Part shown: positions 18,016-25,853 of the stretch, in pieces
How the letters are laid out: every line of letters starts with the position of its first letter
Position numbering within the stretch: the first letter of the stretch is position 1
NCBI GenBank assembly: GCA_965223565.1
Contig: CBDCWV010000016.1
Coordinates: 828,518-892,517, forward strand
Source of the DNA: Myxococcota bacterium
GTDB taxonomy: Bacteria; Myxococcota_A; UBA9160; UBA4427
Length of the DNA: 64,000 bases
Direction of reading: 5' to 3'
Program-made: the position numbers and the translations under genes
Notes under the pieces: model-generated
What the model saw: only the letters and a program-made list of their open reading frames with translations
The model's database searches: none
What the model was told of the DNA's origin: nothing

Positions 18016-19959
18016 CTACTCGAGAACGTAGTCCTCGGGGTCGACCTCACGCGTCCGCTCCCAGTAGTCGTCGATCGTCCAGGGCGAGAGCGTGTAGACC
18101 TTGCCGTCCGGGTTCTTGTAGTGACTGTGCTGGATCGTCGGATGTGCCCATACGAGTGACGAGATCTGCCCGACCAGCTCCTCGACGTAACGGTCGTGGA
18201 CCTCCGTCCGAACCTCGATCGTCCGCGCATCGGCCGTGAGGACGCGTCGAATCGCGTCCATCGCGTGCATCGTCTGGAACTCCGAATGGAAGAAGAGACC
18301 GGCACTGTGTGCGAGGTTGGTCCCGGGTCCGTAGCAGAAGAAGACGTTGGGAAAGTTGGGCACGCTGATCCCCAGGTAGGCCGTCGGCTCGTCGCCCCAC
18401 TGCTCGCGCAGTGATACGCCCCCGCGACCCTTCATGTCGAAGGCGACGAAATCGTTGTGCCGGAATCCGGTCGCATAGCAGATCACGTCTGCGGGATGCA
18501 GCGTGCCGTCGACGGTGACGATCCCTTCGGGCACGATCCGGTCGATTGCGGTTCGCACGAGCGACACGTTCGGCTTCTTGAGACATCGGAACCAGCTGCC
18601 GTCGTCCTGCAGCACGCGCTTGCCCATCGCCGGATAGTCGGGCAGCACCTTTTCGACGAGATCCGGTCTCTCGGCGAGATGCTCGTTCATGAAGCCGATC
18701 AGGTGATCCCGGCTCGCAGCGTTCACGGCATTCACCGAGCGGTTGTCGGGATCGACGTGGTCGGGGTCGATGCGGAAGGGCTCGGCGCCGTTGGCGATCC
18801 CGGACTGGGTCATCAGGTAACGCAGCCAGCGCCCGTAGAAGGGCAGGTGTCGCATGGCCCAACGCTCACCTTCGGGTACGGCGGTGTGATAGATCGGATT
18901 CGGCATCACCCATTGGGCCGTTCGCTGGAAGATCGTGAGCTGTGCGACGTCGTCGGCGATGGTCGGCGCGATCTGGAAGCCGCTCGCTCCGGCGCCGAGG
19001 AGCGCGAAGCGGAGTCCCCGATAGTCGAGATCCTCGGGCCAGCGCGTCGAATGGAAGGAGGGACCTGCAAAGGAGTCGATCCCCTCGATCTCTGGCATTC
19101 GCGGGATGTTGAGCGAACCGACCGCGGAGATCACGAAGCGAGCCTCGAGCACGTCCGTCTCGCCATTGCCCGCCCGCGTCGCGACGTGCCATCGCCCTGC
19201 GGCCTCGCTCCACTCCGCACCCGTGACCTCCGTCTCGAAACGGCAATGGGGCCGCAATCCGTACTGGTCGAGGACGCGCGTGAAGTAGTGGCGCAGCTCG
19301 GGATGCTGGCAGTAGTACTCGCTCCAATGGTCGCTCGGCTCGAACGCATAGCAGTACTGGTGGCTCGCCACGTCGACGCGTGCGCCCGGATAGCGATTCT
19401 CCCACCAGGTTCCGCCCGGTCCCGCGTTCTTCTCGACGATCGTGAAGGGCAGCCCCGCCTGCGTCAGGCGGATACCTGCGTGGATGCCCGCCATGCCGGC
19501 ACCGATCACGACGACGGGCGAATCGGCCTTCGCCGCCGGATCGATCTCGTCGCCCCACGTGATCGCCGCGCTGTCCCGACCGTCGAATTGGAGGTCGAAC
19601 AGGAAGAGTGCCTGCTGCCGCTCCGTGAGCGGCCGACAGGCGAGGAACTCCATCATCTCCAGCAGCAAGGCCCGCGAGGGCGGGTGCGGCCGGCCGCCGG
19701 CATCGCGATAGGCCGCGATGATCGGGAGCGCTTCCGCTCGGATCGAGGCTTGCTCTTCGGGCGGCATCTCGCCCTGGAGCAACGCTGGGCCCGCCGTCCG
19801 GGGCCGTCTGGGGCCGCGGATCCAGCTGGGATCCCCCGTCATGTGGACGAGCGAGCAGAGGAGCGCCGGAGCACTCACGTCCTCGAGCAATCGCGCGATC
19901 GTCGCGTCTTCTTCCGTGATGGGCTGGCCCAGATGCCGGTTGTTCGCGAGGTCGTTCAT
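18016..19959 (-). CDS. Baeyer-Villiger-type flavin monooxygenase (FAD/NADPH-dependent)
   Basis: VVVIGAGMAGIHAG (GxGxxG motif 1), the BVMO fingerprint FAGPSFHSTRWPED (FxGxxxHxxxW[P/D]), LLGAGASGFQ (GxGxxG motif 2) and ICYATGF. Confidence 0.9.
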   Translation of the reverse strand: MNDLANNRHLGQPITEEDATIARLLEDVSAPALLCSLVHMTGDPSWIRGPRRPRTAGPALLQGEMPPEEQASIRAEALPIIAAYRDAGGRPHPPSRALLLEMMEFLACRPLTERQQALFLFDLQFDGRDSAAITWGDEIDPAAKADSPVVVIGAGMAGIHAGIRLTQAGLPFTIVEKNAGPGGTWWENRYPGARVDVASHQYCYAFEPSDHWSEYYCQHPELRHYFTRVLDQYGLRPHCRFETEVTGAEWSEAAGRWHVATRAGNGETDVLEARFVISAVGSLNIPRMPEIEGIDSFAGPSFHSTRWPEDLDYRGLRFALLGAGASGFQIAPTIADDVAQLTIFQRTAQWVMPNPIYHTAVPEGERWAMRHLPFYGRWLRYLMTQSGIANGAEPFRIDPDHVDPDNRSVNAVNAASRDHLIGFMNEHLAERPDLVEKVLPDYPAMGKRVLQDDGSWFRCLKKPNVSLVRTAIDRIVPEGIVTVDGTLHPADVICYATGFRHNDFVAFDMKGRGGVSLREQWGDEPTAYLGISVPNFPNVFFCYGPGTNLAHSAGLFFHSEFQTMHAMDAIRRVLTADARTIEVRTEVHDRYVEELVGQISSLVWAHPTIQHSHYKNPDGKVYTLSPWTIDDYWERTREVDPEDYVLE

Positions 19960-20051
19960 GGCGTCAGCATGTCACAGTCGCGGCGCCCTGCCAGTCGGGC
20001 CGGCGGCCACGCTCGGCCGCGACTCTGGAGCGCAGTCGCTAGGCTCTCGAC

Positions 20052-20939
20052 ATGCCAACGATCTCGACGCGACCCTTCGGATCGACCGGTCACGACAGCA
20101 GCTGCGCCATCTTCGGCGCCGCTGCACTCGCCAGGATGAGTCCCGACCGCGCCCAAGACGTGCTCGATCTGCTCCTCGCATACGGCATCAACCACATCGA
20201 CACAGCTGCCGCCTACGGCGACGCCGAGCTCAGGCTCGCGCCCTGGATGGCCAGCCATCGCGACGACTTCTTTCTCGCCACCAAGACCATCGACCGCGAC
20301 GGCGACGGTGCGCGCCGAAGCCTCGAGCACTCGCTCGAGCGGATGCAGGTGGATCGGGTCGATCTGATCCAGCTCCACAACCTCGTCGACGAAGCCGAGT
20401 GGGGTGAGGCCTTTGCGAAGGGGGGCGCAGTCGGGGCGTTGGCAGCCGCGCGGGACGAGGGACTCTGTCGCTTCATCGGCGTCACCGGCCACGGGACCCT
20501 CGCACCCGAAATGCATCTGCGCAGTCTCGACGCCTTTCCCTTCGATGCAGTCCTGGCGCCCTATAACTTCGCGATGATGGCCCAGCCCGACTACGCTGCG
20601 GACTTCGAGCGCCTGGACAGCGCGTGTCGCGAGCGGGGCGTGGCGTTGCAGACGATCAAGGCCATCGCGCGACGGCGTTGGCGGAGCGAACCGTCGCGGC
20701 GCTTCAGCTGGTACGAGCCGCTGAAGGACCGCGAAGCGATCGCGCGCCACACGCATTGGGTGCTCTCCCGTCCGGGGATCTTTCTCAACACGACGAGCGA
20801 CGCGACGGTGCTGCCGGACGTGATCGCGGCCGCCGCGCGCTTCGGGGCCGATTCGCCCTCGGACGCAGCGATGCGTGGCGACGTGACGCAGTACGACATG
20901 GAGCCGCTCTTCGTACGCGGGGTGTCGGACCAGATCTGA
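20052..20939 (+). CDS. Aldo/keto reductase
   Basis: ORF 20052..20939 shows AKR-like motifs: GINHIDTAAAYGDAE, VDLIQLHN and IGVTGHG. Confidence 0.85.
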   Translation: MPTISTRPFGSTGHDSSCAIFGAAALARMSPDRAQDVLDLLLAYGINHIDTAAAYGDAELRLAPWMASHRDDFFLATKTIDRDGDGARRSLEHSLERMQVDRVDLIQLHNLVDEAEWGEAFAKGGAVGALAAARDEGLCRFIGVTGHGTLAPEMHLRSLDAFPFDAVLAPYNFAMMAQPDYAADFERLDSACRERGVALQTIKAIARRRWRSEPSRRFSWYEPLKDREAIARHTHWVLSRPGIFLNTTSDATVLPDVIAAAARFGADSPSDAAMRGDVTQYDMEPLFVRGVSDQI

Positions 20940-20955
20940 CGGCGAGACGAGCGGA

Positions 20956-20979
20956 CTCGTGTGAAGCGATTCACACGAG
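20956..20979 (+). terminator. Perfect 10-bp stem with a GCGA tetraloop, 17 nt after the AKR stop (terminator-like, no U-tract)
   Basis: CTCGTGTGAA (20956-20965), GCGA, then TTCACACGAG (20970-20979). The two arms are perfectly complementary. Confidence 0.4.
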
Positions 20980-21086
20980 CACGAGATGTCTCGATCTCTC
21001 GCGATCGATCGACGGACAGATTTCGAGCCGCGGCTCGACTCTCCTCTCGCAACCGGCCGACGCGTCGGCCTCGAAAGGAGAATCCC

Positions 21087-22868
21087 GTGTCCAGGAACAC
21101 TCGTCCGATCCCCTACTTCTCGGCTCTGCTCGCGACTGCAATCACGATGCTGATGGCGTCGGCGGCTGCCGCGCAATGGACGCTACGGACGACGAGCGCG
21201 CCGATCGCGACGCAGTCGACCGGATACGCCAGCGACTCGGGCACGACGAATACCTCCTGGGGCGCCTCGTGGACGCAGCCCGGACTCTATTTCGATCCCT
21301 ACGAGGGCTGTGCGGACGATGCGACGGTCGAGTCCCTGCAATTCGCGACGCCGGACCCGGACGATCTGTTGCTGCAGGCGGACGAGCCCTGGGCCGCCGG
21401 AGGAGTGCTGTGGATCGACCTGGTCGTTTCGCGATGTGCGCGTGTCGCCTCCTTCGAATACGGCGGGATCGAGATCTGGGGTCATCAGGGCGGCATCGAT
21501 TCGCCGTCGTACTCGGCCCATCTCGTGTCGACGACGACGGCCACGAATACCTCGACGCTTCGGATCGAGCTCCGTCATCCGACCGTCGGAACCGGTCTCC
21601 GTCAGGAGATTCGCGTCGGACTCGAGCAGCCCAAGACGGGCGCAGCCGGCAACCGGTCGTTCCCCGTCAACTGGGTTTCGGAGGTCGGCGGCGGCACCGA
21701 GATCACGATCCTCGAAGAAGAGGTGCGCAATTCGATGCTCGCATCGATCTACGCGAGCTTCGGGGACGATGCGCGCGCGCCGATCGACGACGAGGGGAGT
21801 TGGTTCATTCGCGATCCCGCCCTGCGGGCCTGCGCGGCGTGGGACCTGGACGACGACGACTGCTTGCGTGTCGAGATCGTCGAGAACGAGGGCATTCGTT
21901 TCTCGATGGCCATGAAGATGGCGATCGACAATTTCTGCGACCCCGACATCGTGGCGTCCGGCACGATCGCATACGAACGGAACGGGACAGGGTTCGCGCC
22001 CGTCTGGGTGGACGACCTGAGCGTCGACATCGAGATTCCTGCCCTCTGCAAGCTCCTGACGGGGATCGTCATCCCGATCATCGCTCAGGAGGTCGCGGAA
22101 GAATTCGTCGTCGACCGGGTCAAGGCCCAGATCGAGCCCATGCTCGATCAATCTCCGGATTGCGGTCTCGGATGCAGCTACGCGAACGATCCGCTCTACC
22201 TCGATGGGGAGATGGTCGTCCCGATCGATTTCGATTTCGCACACGTCACGATCGACGTGCCCTACCGCGGGCGCAACCCCGACCATACCCATTGGGGTGC
22301 GAATCTCTTCATGGCAGAGGGCGAGCCCGTCCTGCTGATCGGGTCGGGAAGTGCGCGACTCTGTGGCGGGCAGAGCGAGTCCTACCAGCACTGCGATCCG
22401 ACCCATCCCGTTGGAGTCAGCGGCCTCGAGAACTTCCGATCGAGCGTGCCGTCCGTCCCCGATCCCTGGTGGCTCGGGAACCAGCAGTGGGTTCACAACG
22501 CGTTTCGCCAGGCGCTGCGCGACGAGATGGTGTTGCCGGATCGATTCCTCGAGGAGCTTCCGGCGCCCTTCGAACCCGTCGGTGCGCTCCTGACGAAGTC
22601 GCTCGGTTCGAGCCGAATCCGTAGCGTGACATCACCCTGCCGTGTGCCGGCGCCGAGCCAGCCCCGATTCCTGGGCTTCTCACCGAACGAGCGCTCGGAT
22701 CGGGTCCTCGGAACCGGAAGCCAGCAGGTCACGATGGTCTTCCTGGACCAGCTCGGTGCGATCGCGGACGGAATTCCAGTCTGCCCGTTCGCCGGCGAGC
22801 TCGTGCCGCTCGTCCAACAGACCGGCAGCGAGACGAGCTTGGCGGCGGAAACGCTGGCCGAGTTCTGA
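21087..22868 (+). CDS. Hypothetical secreted protein (593 aa, Cys- and Asp-rich); no family recognised
   Basis: The GTG at 21087 is preceded by AAAGGAGAA. The signal-peptide-like N-terminus is VSRNTRPIPYFSALLATAITMLMASAAAAQW. It lies in frame within ORF 20961..22868. Confidence 0.6.
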   Translation: MSRNTRPIPYFSALLATAITMLMASAAAAQWTLRTTSAPIATQSTGYASDSGTTNTSWGASWTQPGLYFDPYEGCADDATVESLQFATPDPDDLLLQADEPWAAGGVLWIDLVVSRCARVASFEYGGIEIWGHQGGIDSPSYSAHLVSTTTATNTSTLRIELRHPTVGTGLRQEIRVGLEQPKTGAAGNRSFPVNWVSEVGGGTEITILEEEVRNSMLASIYASFGDDARAPIDDEGSWFIRDPALRACAAWDLDDDDCLRVEIVENEGIRFSMAMKMAIDNFCDPDIVASGTIAYERNGTGFAPVWVDDLSVDIEIPALCKLLTGIVIPIIAQEVAEEFVVDRVKAQIEPMLDQSPDCGLGCSYANDPLYLDGEMVVPIDFDFAHVTIDVPYRGRNPDHTHWGANLFMAEGEPVLLIGSGSARLCGGQSESYQHCDPTHPVGVSGLENFRSSVPSVPDPWWLGNQQWVHNAFRQALRDEMVLPDRFLEELPAPFEPVGALLTKSLGSSRIRSVTSPCRVPAPSQPRFLGFSPNERSDRVLGTGSQQVTMVFLDQLGAIADGIPVCPFAGELVPLVQQTGSETSLAAETLAEF

Positions 22869-22944
22869 GGCGAGCGACGGGTGCGCCGAAGAGCCGCGCG
22901 CTCGCCTCTGCCCCCAGGGGGCAACCGACCCTTCAGTGCGATAG

Positions 22945-22968
22945 AGATAGTGTCGATCGACACTATCT
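22945..22968. promoter_or_regulatory. 24-bp perfect palindrome, a candidate operator 20 nt upstream of the gene that starts at 22989
   Basis: AGATAGTGTCGATCGACACTATCT. All 12 pairs were checked base by base. An extra GATAG half-site lies at 22940-22944, giving GATAG-A-GATAG...CTATC. Confidence 0.6.
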
Positions 22969-22988
22969 GTGTTAGCCTGAGAGGCACC

Positions 22989-23498
22989 ATGGCCTATCTC
23001 GTACGGCGCGACGCGGACGCGATCGAGATCCGCGAGAGTCGGTCGACGCCGCGCGGCCCGCGGTCGCGTCGGCTGACGAGATTTCGCGGCGCGCTCACGC
23101 CGGCGGTGCTCGCGGCGGCCGCCGCGAACGCGAGCCGACCCCTCGATCCGCATGCGCTCGTCGAGCGGGCGGAGTCGCTGGGCATTCCGGTCGACGTAAG
23201 AGCGCCAGAGCGGGAAGCCCGCGCGCTGCTGGCGCGGCTGCGACGCGCGGATCCGATCGATCCGAGGATGGCGAGCCTGCTCGCACGCGCCCTGGACGGC
23301 GTCGCGCAGGCTCCGCTTCCCGACACGCTCGCCGAGGTGGGCGAGTGGATCGGCGCGACACCGGCCGAGCGAGGTGCGGCGCTTCGCGACCTGCTCGACA
23401 CCTACGGTCGCATCGCGGCCTCGCGACCCACGCGCAGGAAACGACCCGCGCGGACCTTCCCGCGCTTCTCGTCCGTGGAGACGGCGGTCGCCTCCTGA
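22989..23498 (+). CDS. Hypothetical 169-aa protein, first gene of the palindrome-controlled pair (candidate antitoxin/regulator)
   Basis: The ATG at 22989 has GAGAGG upstream: MAYLVRRDADAIEIRESRSTPRGPRSRRLTRFRGALTPAVL... The stop TGA (23496-23498) overlaps the ATG (23498-23500) of the next gene. Confidence 0.6.
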   Translation: MAYLVRRDADAIEIRESRSTPRGPRSRRLTRFRGALTPAVLAAAAANASRPLDPHALVERAESLGIPVDVRAPEREARALLARLRRADPIDPRMASLLARALDGVAQAPLPDTLAEVGEWIGATPAERGAALRDLLDTYGRIAASRPTRRKRPARTFPRFSSVETAVAS

Positions 23499-24088
23499 TG
23501 GCGACGGCGCCATCCGAGCCCTCCCTCTCACAGCCCTCCCTCTCACAGAAGGTGCTGTCGATCGAGTCGACCTTCCGCGCGAGCGGAATTCCGCACGCCT
23601 TCGGCGGGGCGATCGCCCTCGCCTACTACGCGACCCCACGTGGCACGATCGACATCGACGTGAACGTCTTCCTACCGGCCGATCGGGCCGGCGAGGTCCT
23701 CGACGCACTGGCTCGCCTGGGCGTCGAGGCACCTTCCGAGCGCGAGGCCACGCGCCTGCGTCGCGACGGTCAGACGCGCATCCACTGGGGTGCCTCGCCG
23801 ATCGACCTCTTCTTCTCCTACGACCCGCTCCACGATGCCTGCCTGACACGACGGCGCGCCTTCCCGTTCGGGGAGAGCGAGACGATCCACGTCCTCTCGG
23901 CCGAAGACCTCGCCGTCTTCAAGGTCGTCTTCGATCGCGAGAAGGACTGGCGAGACCTGGACGAGCTCACCTTCTCGATGGGTGACGAGCTCGACCACGC
24001 GTGGATCGAGACCTGGCTCGAGCGCATCGTCGGACGCGAGGATGCGCGATTCGATCGCTGGAATGCGCTCCTCGCGCGCCGCGACTGA
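23498..24088 (+). CDS. Minimal nucleotidyltransferase-fold protein (Pol-beta superfamily; AbiEii/MNT-like)
   Basis: FGGAIALAYYATPRGTIDIDVNVF fits the hG[GS]-x(9-13)-[DE]h[DE]h NTase signature. A later DLFFSY supplies a third acidic residue. LSAEDLAVFKVVFDREKDWRDLDEL is also present. 196 aa. Confidence 0.7.
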   Translation: MATAPSEPSLSQPSLSQKVLSIESTFRASGIPHAFGGAIALAYYATPRGTIDIDVNVFLPADRAGEVLDALARLGVEAPSEREATRLRRDGQTRIHWGASPIDLFFSYDPLHDACLTRRRAFPFGESETIHVLSAEDLAVFKVVFDREKDWRDLDELTFSMGDELDHAWIETWLERIVGREDARFDRWNALLARRD

Positions 24089-24097
24089 GGCGAGGGG

Positions 24098-24778
24098 CTA
24101 GCGGCGGCAACGCGCAGAGGGAGAGGTGACGACCCGTGCCGCACCGGCGAGCGACAGCAAAGGGATCAACAGCAGCGGATGGGCGCCCGGCACGCTCGCG
24201 GGCACGCCCGTTACGCGCAGCGTCAGGACACCGGGAACCGAACGATCTTCGACGATCGTGTAGCCCGCAGGCGCGACGAGATTCGGCGTACCGGAGACAC
24301 TCCCTCCACTGATCGTGGCGAAGCTCCAGGCATCTCCCAAGGAGGGAGTGTAGTCTGCGACGTCGAGCTCGAGCGTCGGGCTCGCGCCGACGTACGCGAC
24401 GAATAACGCCTGGATCTGACCCAAGCCAGCGGCCCCGTTCGCGCTCGGTCGAAGCCGCAGCGTTCCCGCGCCATGGATCGTCACACTATTCGGGACCACC
24501 ACGTTCTGGCTGGAGAGGACGAGCGTGCCAGCCGACGGTTGACCGATGTTGAGCACGTTCGCGTTCGCGCCGGGCGACTGAACCGTCACGACGTGCGCGA
24601 TGTTGACCTGCTCGCCCAGTCCGGCGTCGGGCGGTGCGCCCTTGTCCCAGGTGCTGGCAGTGTTCCAATCACCATTCTGGACGGAAGTGACGAAGGTACC
24701 ACCCGCAAATACGACCGGCGGACCTCCCAGCAGTAGAGCCGGCGTCACCAGGAGACACAGGATTCGAATCGCGCGCAT
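24098..24778 (-). CDS. Secreted protein with a C-terminal TM-plus-basic sorting-tag-like tail (non-canonical, PEP-CTERM-related?)
   Basis: The signal peptide is MRAIRILCLLVTPALLLGGPPVVFAGG. The SD GAGAGGAG lies upstream of the ATG (complement of 24776-24778). The C-terminus is ...VPASVPGAHPLLLIPLLSLAGAARVVTSPSARCRR. Confidence 0.65.
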   Translation of the reverse strand: MRAIRILCLLVTPALLLGGPPVVFAGGTFVTSVQNGDWNTASTWDKGAPPDAGLGEQVNIAHVVTVQSPGANANVLNIGQPSAGTLVLSSQNVVVPNSVTIHGAGTLRLRPSANGAAGLGQIQALFVAYVGASPTLELDVADYTPSLGDAWSFATISGGSVSGTPNLVAPAGYTIVEDRSVPGVLTLRVTGVPASVPGAHPLLLIPLLSLAGAARVVTSPSARCRR

Positions 24779-24964
24779 GCAACGTACTCCTCTCAGCAAG
24801 AAGAAGGCAACGACATCGGACGGCAGCAACCTCTTCTACGACCTTCCCACCCTGCCGGAAAGCGCTTCCCAGATCAAGCAGAGACCGACCCGACGAGCAC
24901 GCCGATGCAGACGTTGCTCCCGCTTGCGGTCGCGAAGACCGCCGAAGTCTCGTCGCCGAGCTGC

Positions 24965-25783
24965 TCAGGGCGCGTCGAGGATGGCTCTCAACGCATTGAT
25001 ACGGCGGCTCAGATCCCGCCGGGCGGGCGTTCCGCGCAAGTGACTCAGCTGCACCGAGGCGAGATCGAGGTGACGTCGCGCCTCCTTCTCGCGTTCGAGT
25101 CGGGCCGAGAGCTCCGCCATCTGGACTCGCCATTCGGGTCCGTCCCCGACCACGGATTCGAGGCTCGCGAGGCGCTCGAGCGCTCGCTCGAATCTCCCGT
25201 GCGCGCCCTCGAGCTCGATCGCGAATTGCTGGAGCTGGGGGATCATGCCCAGCTTGTCGATACCGCGATCGAGGATTCCGAGCGCCCGGTCGACATCGGC
25301 GTTCTCGCCTGATGAGAGGAGCTTCGCGGCCGCAATGTACAGACCCGGATTCGGTCGAGGGGTCGTCGCGAAGACTTCCTCGTAGTCCGCGACGGCCGCG
25401 GCCACATCCCCCAGATCCGCGTGGACCCGCGCGCGCTGTTCGCGCGCCCGCGTGTGTCGCGGAAAACGCTCGAGAAATTCGTCGAGACGGGCCTTGGCGA
25501 GCGCGAGCTTGCCCATGCGATGGTGGAGGAGACCGAGCTCGTAGGCGACGGCGATCGGGTCACCCAGTCCTTCCGCCTCGCGAAGATCGGCCATCGCGAG
25601 CGCGTATTGGCCGTCGTGCGAGTACAACGCGCCGCGCGCAACGCGGAGTCGTTGATCCGTCGGCCGCGCATCGATCTGACGTGTGAGGATCTCGATCTTC
25701 TCGAGCGAGGCCGGGTGGGCGAGCCCGTACGATGCGTCCAGCAGCAGCACACCGAGAACGATCGTCGCGAATCGTCCCGCCAC
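24965..25783 (-). CDS. TPR-repeat protein (secreted/periplasmic)
   Basis: This is the frame of ORF 24965..26167: ...RVARGALYSHDGQYALAMADLREAEGLGDPIAVAYELGLLHHRMGKLALAKARLDEFLERFPRHTRAREQRARVHADLGDVAAAVADYEEV... There is no ATG near the hydrophobic N-terminus (VAGRFATIVLGVLLLDASYG). I propose the GTG at 25783, but the start is uncertain. Confidence 0.6.
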   Translation of the reverse strand: MAGRFATIVLGVLLLDASYGLAHPASLEKIEILTRQIDARPTDQRLRVARGALYSHDGQYALAMADLREAEGLGDPIAVAYELGLLHHRMGKLALAKARLDEFLERFPRHTRAREQRARVHADLGDVAAAVADYEEVFATTPRPNPGLYIAAAKLLSSGENADVDRALGILDRGIDKLGMIPQLQQFAIELEGAHGRFERALERLASLESVVGDGPEWRVQMAELSARLEREKEARRHLDLASVQLSHLRGTPARRDLSRRINALRAILDAP

Positions 25784-25853
25784 GCCTCGAAGAGGCTGTA
25801 GGCGATCGCGATCACCGCAGCCCGCTCGGCGCGAGCCGCGGCAATCGATCGAC

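Noticed and set aside
18457-22496. ORFs 18457..20139 (+), 19956..21176 (-), 20624..22624 (+) and 21183..22496 (-)
   Set aside because: They overlap the BVMO, the AKR and the secreted-protein gene in other frames. They are Arg/Gly/Asp-rich with no motifs and no SD-supported starts.
22680-23849. 389-aa minus-strand ORF covering the palindrome and the NTase module
   Set aside because: It is extremely Arg-rich (runs such as RRRRRGRS), with no motif. The + strand genes have SD sequences, TGATG coupling and an NTase signature.
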